A DNA stretch of 56,072 nt from Oscillospiraceae bacterium (GTDB lineage Bacteria > Bacillota > Clostridia > Oscillospirales > CAG-272). The notes below the pieces were generated by a model. The model made no database searches. It was not told the origin of the DNA and saw nothing but the letters and a program-made list of their open reading frames with translations. The position numbers and the translations under genes are program-made. Below are positions 8,934 through 17,118 of the stretch, in pieces. Every line of letters starts with the position of its first letter. Positions within the stretch are counted from its first letter, which is position 1. The stretch spans positions 1-56,072 of the forward strand of contig SVSC01000001.1 of assembly GCA_015064525.1 (NCBI GenBank), written 5' to 3'.

Positions 8934-9935
8934 ATGGATGAACAATTGAATCGGGGCTCCGCTCCCATGCCCGAGGTTCTCACCGTCACTCCCTCGCCCC
9001 ACGTGCGGAGAAAGGGACTGAAAACCTCGGTGATCATGATCGACGTGATCATTGCGTTGCTTCCCGCCACGGTCTGGGGTGTGATTGCCTTTGGCTTTTC
9101 CGCCGCCCTCGTGGTGGCGCTGGCAACCGTTTCGGCTGTCTTTTTTGAGTGGATGATGCGAAAGCTGATGAAGCGTCCCATGACGATCTCGGATTGCTCT
9201 GCGGCAGTCACGGGGCTTCTCCTCGGCTTGAATCTGTCTCCCTCGGTTCCGTGGTACGTGCCCATCGTTGGCTCCGCCTTTGCCATTATTGTGGTAAAGC
9301 AGCTGTTCGGCGGGATCGGACGGAATATCATGAATCCCGCGCTGGCTGCAAGAGTTTTTCTCATGATGTGCTGGCCCGCGGCAATGTCGGATTATCCCGC
9401 GGCGTTTACATACGGCGCCGACGCGGTTGCGGGCGCCACGCCTCTGGTCGCGCTGAAGGGCAGCGCTCTTCCGGATGCCTCTCTGTTGGATCTGTTTCTG
9501 GGCAAAACGGGGGGGTGCATCGGTGAAATCTCAACCCTGTTGTTGCTGGTGGGCGGTGTTTACCTGATCGTTCGTCGGGTGATCGCCTGGCAGATCCCCG
9601 TTTGTATGCTGGGAACCGTGGCGGTTCTCACCCTTCTGTTCCCGCAGGGAGACGTTGGCGCGTTGCAGTATATGACGGCGTCGCTGTGCAGCGGAGGTCT
9701 GATGATCGGCGCCATCTATATGGCAACCGATTACGTCACCTCTCCCGTTACCACGCTGGGGCGGGTGATCTACGGTGTGGGATGCGGACTCCTGGTTGTC
9801 TTTATCCGCTTCTTCGGAGGCTACCCCGAGGGAACCTCCTTTGCCATTCTGATTATGAACTCGCTGGTTTGGTATCTGGATATGCTGACCAGACCGAAGG
9901 TGTACGGAAAAAACCGCAAGAAGGGAGGTGCCTGA
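8934..9935 (+). CDS. rnfD: Rnf complex subunit D
   Basis: 333 aa, polytopic. NqrB/RnfD-type FMN attachment region (AVAGATPL). Confidence 0.92.
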   Translation: MDEQLNRGSAPMPEVLTVTPSPHVRRKGLKTSVIMIDVIIALLPATVWGVIAFGFSAALVVALATVSAVFFEWMMRKLMKRPMTISDCSAAVTGLLLGLNLSPSVPWYVPIVGSAFAIIVVKQLFGGIGRNIMNPALAARVFLMMCWPAAMSDYPAAFTYGADAVAGATPLVALKGSALPDASLLDLFLGKTGGCIGEISTLLLLVGGVYLIVRRVIAWQIPVCMLGTVAVLTLLFPQGDVGALQYMTASLCSGGLMIGAIYMATDYVTSPVTTLGRVIYGVGCGLLVVFIRFFGGYPEGTSFAILIMNSLVWYLDMLTRPKVYGKNRKKGGA

Positions 9936-9936
9936 C

Positions 9937-10509
9937 GTGGAGGACGTTGCAAGAAAAGAGCTGACCCCTGTGGAAATGCTGATGGTGGGCTTGAAGCTGT
10001 TGATTGTTTGCGCGGTGGTTGCGGCGGTGGTTGCGGGAGTCAATTTTTTGACGGAAGCGAAATACGCCGAAAATCTGACCGAGCAGAAGCGGCAGGCGAT
10101 TTCCGAAATTTACATGGGCATGGAGATCGAATACCGCCGACTGAATGACGAGAACTCCTCCGAAATCGTTTACGAGGTGCTTTCCGAGGGCTCCATCGTT
10201 GGCTACTGCGTGGAGGTTGCCTCGCCCGGCTTTGGAGGAGATATTACCATGATGGTTGGCTTTGAGGCGGATCGGAGCGTGAGAGGCGTGAGCATTGTTT
10301 CTCTCAACGAAACTCCCGGACTTGGCTCCAAGGTGAACGACCCCGCCTTTCTGGGGCAGTATCGGGGCGCGGTGAGCCAAGTGGCGGTGGGCGAGGAGAT
10401 CGACGCCATCACGGGCGCTACCATCAGCTCCAAGGCGGTTACGGCGGGGGTCAATCTTGCCATGAACGCGCTGGAGCGCTGTGTTGTGGGAGGTGCTGTA
10501 AATGAATAA
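9937..10509 (+). CDS. rnfG: Rnf complex subunit G (FMN-binding)
   Basis: N-terminal TM segment and FMN-binding domain with DAITGATISS. GTG at 9937 sits 8 nt after aagggagg. The alternative GTG at 9928 (track) overlaps the rnfD stop. Confidence 0.85.
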   Translation: MEDVARKELTPVEMLMVGLKLLIVCAVVAAVVAGVNFLTEAKYAENLTEQKRQAISEIYMGMEIEYRRLNDENSSEIVYEVLSEGSIVGYCVEVASPGFGGDITMMVGFEADRSVRGVSIVSLNETPGLGSKVNDPAFLGQYRGAVSQVAVGEEIDAITGATISSKAVTAGVNLAMNALERCVVGGAVNE

Positions 10510-11191
10510 GTTTCTCAAGCAAATGAAGGAGGGGATTCTGGATCAAAATCCCGTTTTGGTTCAGCTCCTCGGTATGTGTCCCACCCTTGCCACCACCACG
10601 TCGCTGGAAAACGCCTTTGGTATGGGCATGGCGGCAACGGCGGTGCTGATCTGCTCCAATATTTTCATCTCGCTCCTGCGAAAATTCATTCCCAAGCAGG
10701 TGCGTATCGCGGCGTACATCGTGATCATTTCGGGATTTGTAACGGCGGTGGAGCTGTTGATGAGAGCCTATCTCTTCACCCTGTATCAGTCGCTGGGACT
10801 GTTTATTCCCTTGATTGTGGTGAACTGTATTATTTTGGCGCGAGCCGAGGCGTTCGCCTCCAAAAATCCCGTTCTGCCCAGTGCGGTGGACGGTCTTGCC
10901 ATGGGCTTGGGCTTCACCTTTGCCCTTTGCATCCTCGGCGCTGTTCGCGAGCTGCTGGGAGCGGGATCGCTTTTGGGCTTCCGTATCCTTCCCGAGGCGT
11001 ACCCCGATATGGTGATCTTCATTCTGCCTGCGGGCGCCTTCTTCACCCTCGGCTTTGTGATTGCCGCTGTGCAGAAGATCAGCAGCGTTGCAGCCAAACG
11101 CGCCAGAGCGCGTGAAAACGCCGCCGAGGAGGCTGAGAGAGCGGCTGAGGCAGAGCAGCAAAATAACGAAAGCGAGGTGCAGGTGGGATGA
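10502..11191 (+). CDS. rnfE: Rnf complex subunit E
   Basis: 229 aa. NPVLVQLLGMCPTLATT motif typical of RnfE/NqrD. Overlaps rnfG by 8 nt. Confidence 0.92.
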   Translation: MNKFLKQMKEGILDQNPVLVQLLGMCPTLATTTSLENAFGMGMAATAVLICSNIFISLLRKFIPKQVRIAAYIVIISGFVTAVELLMRAYLFTLYQSLGLFIPLIVVNCIILARAEAFASKNPVLPSAVDGLAMGLGFTFALCILGAVRELLGAGSLLGFRILPEAYPDMVIFILPAGAFFTLGFVIAAVQKISSVAAKRARARENAAEEAERAAEAEQQNNESEVQVG

Positions 11192-11772
11192 GCTTTACAG
11201 AAACCCTGTTGCTGATGTTTACGGCGATTCTTGCCGAAAACTTTATTTTCTCCAAATTCTACGGTTGTTGCCCCTTCCTGGGGGTTTCGGAGCATCCCGA
11301 TACGGCGCTGGGAATGGGTATGGCGGTCACCTTTGTTATGACGGTGGCATCCGCCGCAACCTGGTCGGTTTATCACTTCCTGCTGGTTCCCTTCGGCTTG
11401 GAATTTTTGCAGACGGTAGCGTTTATTCTGGTGATCGCCGCGTTGGTGCAGTTTATTGAAATGTTCCTGCGTCGCTACATTCCTGCGCTGTACAGCGCCT
11501 TGGGAATCTATCTTCCCTTGATCACCACAAACTGCGCGGTGCTGAGCTCGGCGCTTCTGATCGTGCAAAACGGCTATGAATTTCCTCAGGCGGTGGCATT
11601 CGGCTTTGCGGCGGCATTGGGCTTCACCCTTGCCATCACCGTGTTTGCGGGAGCGCGCGCGCGCATGGAAACCACCCATCCGCCGAGAGCCTTCCGCGGC
11701 TTTCCCATCACGCTGATCGCGGCGGGCTTGCTTGCCATGGCGTTCTCGTGCTTTTCGGGAATCAAGCTTTGA
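11188..11772 (+). CDS. rnfA: Rnf complex subunit A
   Basis: 194 aa, RnfA/NqrE-like (ENFIFSKFYGCCPFLGVS). ATGA overlap with rnfE. Confidence 0.92.
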   Translation: MSFTETLLLMFTAILAENFIFSKFYGCCPFLGVSEHPDTALGMGMAVTFVMTVASAATWSVYHFLLVPFGLEFLQTVAFILVIAALVQFIEMFLRRYIPALYSALGIYLPLITTNCAVLSSALLIVQNGYEFPQAVAFGFAAALGFTLAITVFAGARARMETTHPPRAFRGFPITLIAAGLLAMAFSCFSGIKL

Positions 11773-11784
11773 GGAGGTGGCATT

Positions 11785-12582
11785 ATGACGGTTGTTTTGA
11801 TTTCAGTTGGAATTTTCGCGGGGCTGGGCATTCTGTTCGGCTTGGTGCTTGCCTTGGCGTCCCGCGTGTTTGCTGTAAAAACCGATCCCCGCGTTGAGCA
11901 GATTATTGAGGCGCTTCCGGGGGCCAATTGCGGCGGCTGTGGCTACTCGGGCTGTGCCGGCTTTGCTGAGGCGGTTGTAAAGGGAGAGGCGCCTGCCAAC
12001 GCCTGCAGAGCGGGCGGAGAGGCGGCTGCAAAACGAATCGGAGAGGTTATGGGCATCGAGGTGCAGGCATTGGAGCCTATGCGCGCCGAGGTGCTTTGCT
12101 CGGGCGGCTGCGGCAAGGCAAAGGAAAAATGCAACTACGAGGGAGCCCACGACTGCATTGCGGCGGATCGTATGTACGGCGGCGCGAAGGCTTGCCCCGC
12201 GGGCTGTATGGGATTGGGTACCTGCGTGGATATCTGCCGCTACGACGCGTTGTCCGTGGTGGACGGCGTTGCCAAGGTGGATCCCAAGAAATGTACGGGC
12301 TGCGGCGCTTGCGCGCAGGTTTGTCCCAAGCATCTCATTGAGATGATCCCGCGAAGAGTGAAGTACAGCGTGGTATGTCACTCTCCTGAAAGCGCGAAGG
12401 AGACGAGACAATACTGCGACGCGGGCTGTATCGGCTGTAAGCTTTGTCAGAAAAATTGCCCCAACGATGCCATTCGCGTTACGGGCGCGCTGGCAACCAT
12501 TGACTACAATAAGTGTACCTCCTGCGGCATCTGCGCGCAGAAATGCCCCAGAAAGATCATTCGATTGGTGCGGGAGGACTAA
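11785..12582 (+). CDS. rnfB: Rnf complex subunit B (polyferredoxin)
   Basis: 265 aa. N-terminal TM segment, NCGGCGYSGC cluster motif, and several CxxCxxCxxxCP ferredoxin motifs. Confidence 0.92.
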   Translation: MTVVLISVGIFAGLGILFGLVLALASRVFAVKTDPRVEQIIEALPGANCGGCGYSGCAGFAEAVVKGEAPANACRAGGEAAAKRIGEVMGIEVQALEPMRAEVLCSGGCGKAKEKCNYEGAHDCIAADRMYGGAKACPAGCMGLGTCVDICRYDALSVVDGVAKVDPKKCTGCGACAQVCPKHLIEMIPRRVKYSVVCHSPESAKETRQYCDAGCIGCKLCQKNCPNDAIRVTGALATIDYNKCTSCGICAQKCPRKIIRLVRED

Positions 12583-12628
12583 AGTCCAAAAGCGCCGCCA
12601 AGCAAGTCGCTTGGCGGCGCGGACTGTA

Positions 12629-12799
12629 GACGAAACGAACGGATTTCGTCAGCTTGATGAAGGTTTTCGACCACCTTTTTCAAAAGGTGGCACGGATCCA
12701 ACGCCGTGGGGCGTTGGTCGCCCGTCGCAACGGGCGAAATCCTCCAAACGGCGTTTTCTTTGTTAGCTTTCTTTTGCGCCTGCGGCATCAAAAGAAAGC
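12629..12799. repeat. Third, diverged copy of the hairpin-module repeat (5 consecutive stem-loops)
   Basis: Hairpins at 12629..12650, 12671..12690, 12698..12717, 12718..12737 and 12766..12799. The hairpin tcgcccgtcgcaacgggcga is identical to 56044..56063. The hairpin ccaccttttt/caaaaggtgg differs from ccgccttttt/caaaaggcgg (55999..56018) by a compensatory pair. Confidence 0.85.
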
Positions 12800-12854
12800 G
12801 GCTAAGGAGTTTTTGCAATCTAAAGATTACGCACCTTTGGTCTACAACCCGAGG

Positions 12855-12894
12855 CGCCGTCAAGCAAAAGCGCTTGACGGCGGCTCGTTTTTTT
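12855..12894 (+). terminator. Rho-independent terminator closing the rnf transcription unit
   Basis: cgccgtcaagc / gcttgacggcg 11-bp stem followed by a run of 8 T (12887..12894). Confidence 0.75.
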
Positions 12895-12908
12895 GCAATA
12901 CGTATTGC

Positions 12909-14135
12909 TTAAAGCACGGAATTTGCCGTTTCCTCCAGTGCGATCTCCGACCAGCGCCAAAGCCGACGGGGATCCCTTTGCACGGTGGTGATATCCTTGA
13001 GAAGAAGCTCCAGCCCCAGCCCGTTGGCATTTGCCGCCGCGAGCGTTCTGCGGAGATCCTTGCGGATCACCTCCTCGTCAAAGGAGGAGCCGCCCAGGTA
13101 GGTGGGGGTTGGCTTGTTGGACATAATGTATTTCTTGGGCAGCGTGGCGGCAAAGCGCTCTCTGTCGCTCCAGGGACTGCAGGAAATTTTGCGGATGTTG
13201 GGCATACGGTCGATGATGTGGAGACGGTCGTCCAGTCGCTCGCAGCATCCATAGTAAATCGATCCGAAATAGGCGAAAATTCTCGACATATAAGGCACCT
13301 CGAACTCCTCGTTCACCGCAGGGGACACCGATGTAAAGAGCTGCGCCATGCTGTATGTCCAACCGTTTTGGGTGGTGTTCTCAAGGGCGGGAGTGGTGCT
13401 GAAGGTGTGGGAGCAGTGGCAGATATTGCTGACCGTATCGTAAATTTTCAGTTGGTTGAGCTGCTCCAGCTGGGCAATGAAGGCGTTGGTGTAGCGCTCC
13501 ATAATGGCGTGGATCAGCTCGGGACGGTCGATCAGATCGAAATAGCAGTTTTCCACGCCCTTCCAGAAGGTGATAAAGTCCCAAAGCCCCGCGTGAACCA
13601 TTACGCCCGCCCACTTCACGGGGGCGATGCCTCGGAAAAGCTCCTCTGCCACCGTCATGATCTCCTCCTCGGCGTGGGGATTCAGGGAAATCTCGGGGGT
13701 TTTGATCTTTTCCACGTCGGTAAGCTCCTCCAGCTGATCCCGAAAGAGGTGCGTTTGAACCTCGCCGCCCCGATGCTCCAGCGGTTGCGTTTTCAACCCA
13801 AATCCCGTGTTCACAATGGGGCGCTTGAGAAGAATATAGGGGTTCAGCACCATGTCTGCGGGCAGATGCTCCCATTGGTAGAGATATCTGCGAAGAGCGC
13901 ATTCCAGCCAACGAAAATAAGGATTTTCCACGGTGCAGATCAGGGCGGGGTCGCTTTCCAGCTCCTCCCACGGAATCTGGTGAATGGTGATCATGGGCTT
14001 TTGCATGTTTCCGCTGTTGAGAGCCTGCCACAAAGTTCTTTTTTTGTTGTTTTCTTCGGAAAGCGCGTAGCCCATATAGCGGCTTGCCAGCGCGCGCAGG
14101 GTGTTCTTTTCCGCCGCGGTCAGCATGATGTTCAT
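12909..14135 (-). CDS. Conserved hypothetical protein. Possibly a URO-D/MetE-like metal-dependent TIM-barrel; that guess is weak.
   Basis: 408 aa with balanced composition. RBS aaggaga lies before the ATG. Cys/His-rich motifs (ICHCSH, YYGCCERLD, ISCSPW). The overlapping + ORF 12654..14174 is a G/V/L/H-rich shadow. Confidence 0.7.
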   Translation of the reverse strand: MNIMLTAAEKNTLRALASRYMGYALSEENNKKRTLWQALNSGNMQKPMITIHQIPWEELESDPALICTVENPYFRWLECALRRYLYQWEHLPADMVLNPYILLKRPIVNTGFGLKTQPLEHRGGEVQTHLFRDQLEELTDVEKIKTPEISLNPHAEEEIMTVAEELFRGIAPVKWAGVMVHAGLWDFITFWKGVENCYFDLIDRPELIHAIMERYTNAFIAQLEQLNQLKIYDTVSNICHCSHTFSTTPALENTTQNGWTYSMAQLFTSVSPAVNEEFEVPYMSRIFAYFGSIYYGCCERLDDRLHIIDRMPNIRKISCSPWSDRERFAATLPKKYIMSNKPTPTYLGGSSFDEEVIRKDLRRTLAAANANGLGLELLLKDITTVQRDPRRLWRWSEIALEETANSVL

Positions 14136-14386
14136 TGGAATCTCCTTTTCTGTATGTTTGTGCTGTTATTATAGCATCTTTGCGCAAACCTGTCAAGTCT
14201 CGCCTGAATTTTTCGGGTATTTTTGTTGGCATGGGAGGAGGGAAGACGACCAAATGAGGGGTGTTGAAAATACATCGCCCGAGTGGTTGAAAAATAGGAT
14301 GCAAGCGAAATAAAGCCGTTTTTTTGACAAATGTTGAGAATGCGAAAAAGTTTCCTCCGAAAAGTCGCTTTTTTATTATGATATTG

Positions 14387-14415
14387 TTGACAAAATTTGC
14401 GCGCTGTGATATAAT
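14387..14415 (+). promoter_or_regulatory. Sigma-A type promoter of the three-gene lipoprotein operon
   Basis: TTGACA (14387..14392), 17-nt spacer, TGaTATAAT (TATAAT at 14410..14415), about 85 nt upstream of the ATG at 14500. Confidence 0.7.
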
Positions 14416-14499
14416 TACCATGAATGAGTGTCTTTGCCGTCGGGAATCCGCGTAAGCGACGCGCGGCGAAGAAAAAGTGTGAAACAACAGGAGACGAAT

Positions 14500-17073
14500 A
14501 TGAAACAGATCAAAATATTGGCGTGGATCCTTGTGCTTTTGCTGGCGACAGCCTGCCTGTGGGCTTGCGATGACGTTGGAGAGGAACCCTCGGAGAACAA
14601 CGATCCCCCCTCGGGCAACGTTCAGAACCCCGTTGGAAACGGTGAGATCATGATCACCTATTATCCCGACGCGGGTCAGGCGGCTGTAACCGTTCGGGTA
14701 ACGGGCGGCTTTACGCTGAGCCCCATCCCCACCAAGGCGGGGCATGAGTTTTTGGGGCTGTTCGACGCGCCCGCGGGCGGTAGCTGTATCGTCAATGCCA
14801 ACGGGGAGCTAACGGTCACCCTTGCCAAGTCGGTCACCCTTTACGCCCAATGGAAAACCAAGACCTACAAGCTGATCTTCGATCCTGCCGAGGGCGAGCT
14901 GAGTCGCAAGGAGCAAACGGTGCTGATGGGCGGCGCGGTGGTTGCCCTGCCCGTGCCCGAAAGAGAGGGCTTCGATTTTGTTGGCTGGCAGGATCAGCGC
15001 GGCAACATGATCTCGGAGGGATCCAAGGTGTTGGACGCATGGAAAACCTTCACCCCCGAAAGCTATTCCCTGGTGAATGATTGCGCTAGGCTGACCGCTG
15101 TGTACACTCGCCGCCAGATCACCGTCACGCTGGATTACCGCGACGGCAGCTACAAGGCGGGAACGCTGACCCTCAACTACGGTGATGTCCTCACCGCCTC
15201 CTCTCTTCCCGTGGAGGATAACGGCACTCGTCGGATCGTGGCGTGGTCGATCTTTGCCAACGGAACCGTTCCCTATGCGGATGACGCGGTGGAGGAGAGC
15301 TTCACTCTTTACGCGGTCTGGAAAAATTATCAAACCGTGATGATGGACGATGGCATGGGCAATCAAACCAAGGCGTACGTTTATGAGGGCGAGCGCTTCG
15401 ACCTGAACACCTACAACGGTGTGGTGCGCCCCGGCTACCGTGTGGAGGGCTGGTATTCCAACCAAGGTCTCACGGGCTCCCCCGTTACCCATCTTTCCTA
15501 CGGTATGGCGCAAACGGTTTTCTACGCCAAGTGGACGCCCACCGTGTACACCCTGACCTTTGACGCGGTAAGCACGGGAAAGACGATTCAGCCGATCACG
15601 TATTCCTACGGCAGCTTTGTGCAGCTGGAGAGCCTCTATCGGGAGGGCTACACCTTCAACGGTTGGTGCGTCACGCCCGATTGCTCGGATCCCCCCATGA
15701 CCGCCGTAACGGCGGAGTTCTTCGGGGATTACACCCTCTACGCCAAGTTTACTCCCGATAGCTACACCGTGAAGCTGAATCCCGGAAAGGGAACCGTGAG
15801 CCGCGAGGAGGCGCAGGTTTCCTACGAAAGTCACTTTATTCTTCCCATCCCCACCCGCGCGGGCGCTTCCTTTGTGGGATGGTACTATCTGGAGGACGGA
15901 GTTGAGGTGCTTTGTACCGACGAATTGGGTCAGTCCACCAAGATCTACACCTTCATGGAGGGCAAAACCCTCTATGCCCGTTGGAAGACCGTAACGCTTA
16001 CCGTTTACTACGATTCCAACGGCGGCACCGAGGTGGCGGCGCAGACCTACGGCTACGGCGACCCGCTGAAATTCCCCGCGCCTCCCACCAAAACCAATCT
16101 TTATTTCATGGGCTGGTATCACGGCGATCTTTCAGAGGCGTATTTGCAGGATTCCGAGGTGAACAGCAATCTCACTCTCTATGCCAAGTGGGGAGACGTT
16201 GACCGCGGGGAGGTTTACGGAAAGTGCAATTACGAGAGCATTTTGGATACTGCCACCGAGTATAACGGAAATTACTACAAGATCTTCAACCTCACCTGTA
16301 CCTGGGAGCAGGCAAGGGCATACTGCGAGGCGCTGGGCGGACATCTGGTAACCATCACCTCCATCGGTGAGGATGCCGTTTGCGGGCAGATGTACCGCGC
16401 CAACAACGTGACCACCTGCTATATCGGCGCTACCGACAAGGATGCCGAGGGCGTTTGGACCTGGGTGACCGGTGAGAAGTGGGGCTACAACAACTTCAAC
16501 ACGGGCGAGCCCAACGGCGGAACGGGCAGTAACTTCGGCGCCTACTACATCATCAACGGGCAGACCGCCTACTGGGACGATACCTCGGGCGAGCATATTT
16601 TCATGTGCGAATGGGAAGAGGGCGACGTGGCGTGGGTCCGCGAGAACGTGGGCTTCCTCAAGAGCGCCGACGAGCTTTACAACGAGGCGATCTACTACGC
16701 GGGACACGTTTATCAGGTCTATAATATTTCGGACTACGATTACGCCAAGCAGAAGCAATACTGCGAGAAGCTGGGCGGTCGGCTTGCAACCATTGAAAGC
16801 GCGAGAGAAAACACCGTTGTGGGCTTCCTTTTGAAAACGGCGGGAATTGCCAACGCGATATTTGGCGCAACCGACCGATATCAGGAGGGAACGTGGTGTT
16901 GGACCGACGGCAGAGTGATCGGCTACAGCAATTGGAACAGCGGTGAGCCCAACAACAGCAGCAATGCCGAGCATTACGCGGAGGTTTACGCCACCGGCGG
17001 ATGGAACGACGTGCAGGGCTCGGGCAGAGCGGCATTCGTTTGCGAATGGGACTACTGGGAGCTTAAACAATAA
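14500..17073 (+). CDS. Surface lipoprotein: about 7 Listeria-Bacteroides (InlB B-repeat/Flg_new) modules plus two C-terminal C-type lectin domains
   Basis: ATG at 14500 after aggag. Signal peptide MKQIKILAWILVLLLATACLWAC. Repeats of about 70 aa end in TLYA[QKR]W. There are two CTLD signatures (TWEQARAYCEALGGHLVTI..EPN..WDD..CEWE and YAKQKQYCEKLGGRLATI..EPN..WND..CEWD). Confidence 0.9.
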   Translation: MKQIKILAWILVLLLATACLWACDDVGEEPSENNDPPSGNVQNPVGNGEIMITYYPDAGQAAVTVRVTGGFTLSPIPTKAGHEFLGLFDAPAGGSCIVNANGELTVTLAKSVTLYAQWKTKTYKLIFDPAEGELSRKEQTVLMGGAVVALPVPEREGFDFVGWQDQRGNMISEGSKVLDAWKTFTPESYSLVNDCARLTAVYTRRQITVTLDYRDGSYKAGTLTLNYGDVLTASSLPVEDNGTRRIVAWSIFANGTVPYADDAVEESFTLYAVWKNYQTVMMDDGMGNQTKAYVYEGERFDLNTYNGVVRPGYRVEGWYSNQGLTGSPVTHLSYGMAQTVFYAKWTPTVYTLTFDAVSTGKTIQPITYSYGSFVQLESLYREGYTFNGWCVTPDCSDPPMTAVTAEFFGDYTLYAKFTPDSYTVKLNPGKGTVSREEAQVSYESHFILPIPTRAGASFVGWYYLEDGVEVLCTDELGQSTKIYTFMEGKTLYARWKTVTLTVYYDSNGGTEVAAQTYGYGDPLKFPAPPTKTNLYFMGWYHGDLSEAYLQDSEVNSNLTLYAKWGDVDRGEVYGKCNYESILDTATEYNGNYYKIFNLTCTWEQARAYCEALGGHLVTITSIGEDAVCGQMYRANNVTTCYIGATDKDAEGVWTWVTGEKWGYNNFNTGEPNGGTGSNFGAYYIINGQTAYWDDTSGEHIFMCEWEEGDVAWVRENVGFLKSADELYNEAIYYAGHVYQVYNISDYDYAKQKQYCEKLGGRLATIESARENTVVGFLLKTAGIANAIFGATDRYQEGTWCWTDGRVIGYSNWNSGEPNNSSNAEHYAEVYATGGWNDVQGSGRAAFVCEWDYWELKQ

Positions 17074-17118
17074 GACAGACCGAACGAGAGATCGAATCAA
17101 GTCAGGAGGAACTTTATC

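Noticed and set aside
12654-14174. 506-aa plus-strand ORF overlapping the 12909..14135 minus-strand gene. Similar long antisense ORFs occur at 62..1366, 3102..4544, 7662..9002, 34186..36531, 37727..39676, 42941..44461, 46887..47915 and 53744..55060.
   Set aside because: GC-rich third-position bias keeps the opposite frame open. All have G/V/L/H/R-rich, K/Y/W-poor compositions and no RBS, and each lies opposite an ORF with recognisable motifs.
16224-17073. Possible diversity-generating retroelement target, because a C-type lectin fold sits at a protein C-terminus.
   Set aside because: There is no reverse transcriptase gene in the window, no second template-repeat copy of the C-terminal coding sequence that I could find, and no adenine-specific mismatch pattern between the two CTLDs. 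The two domains are simply diverged paralogous domains.
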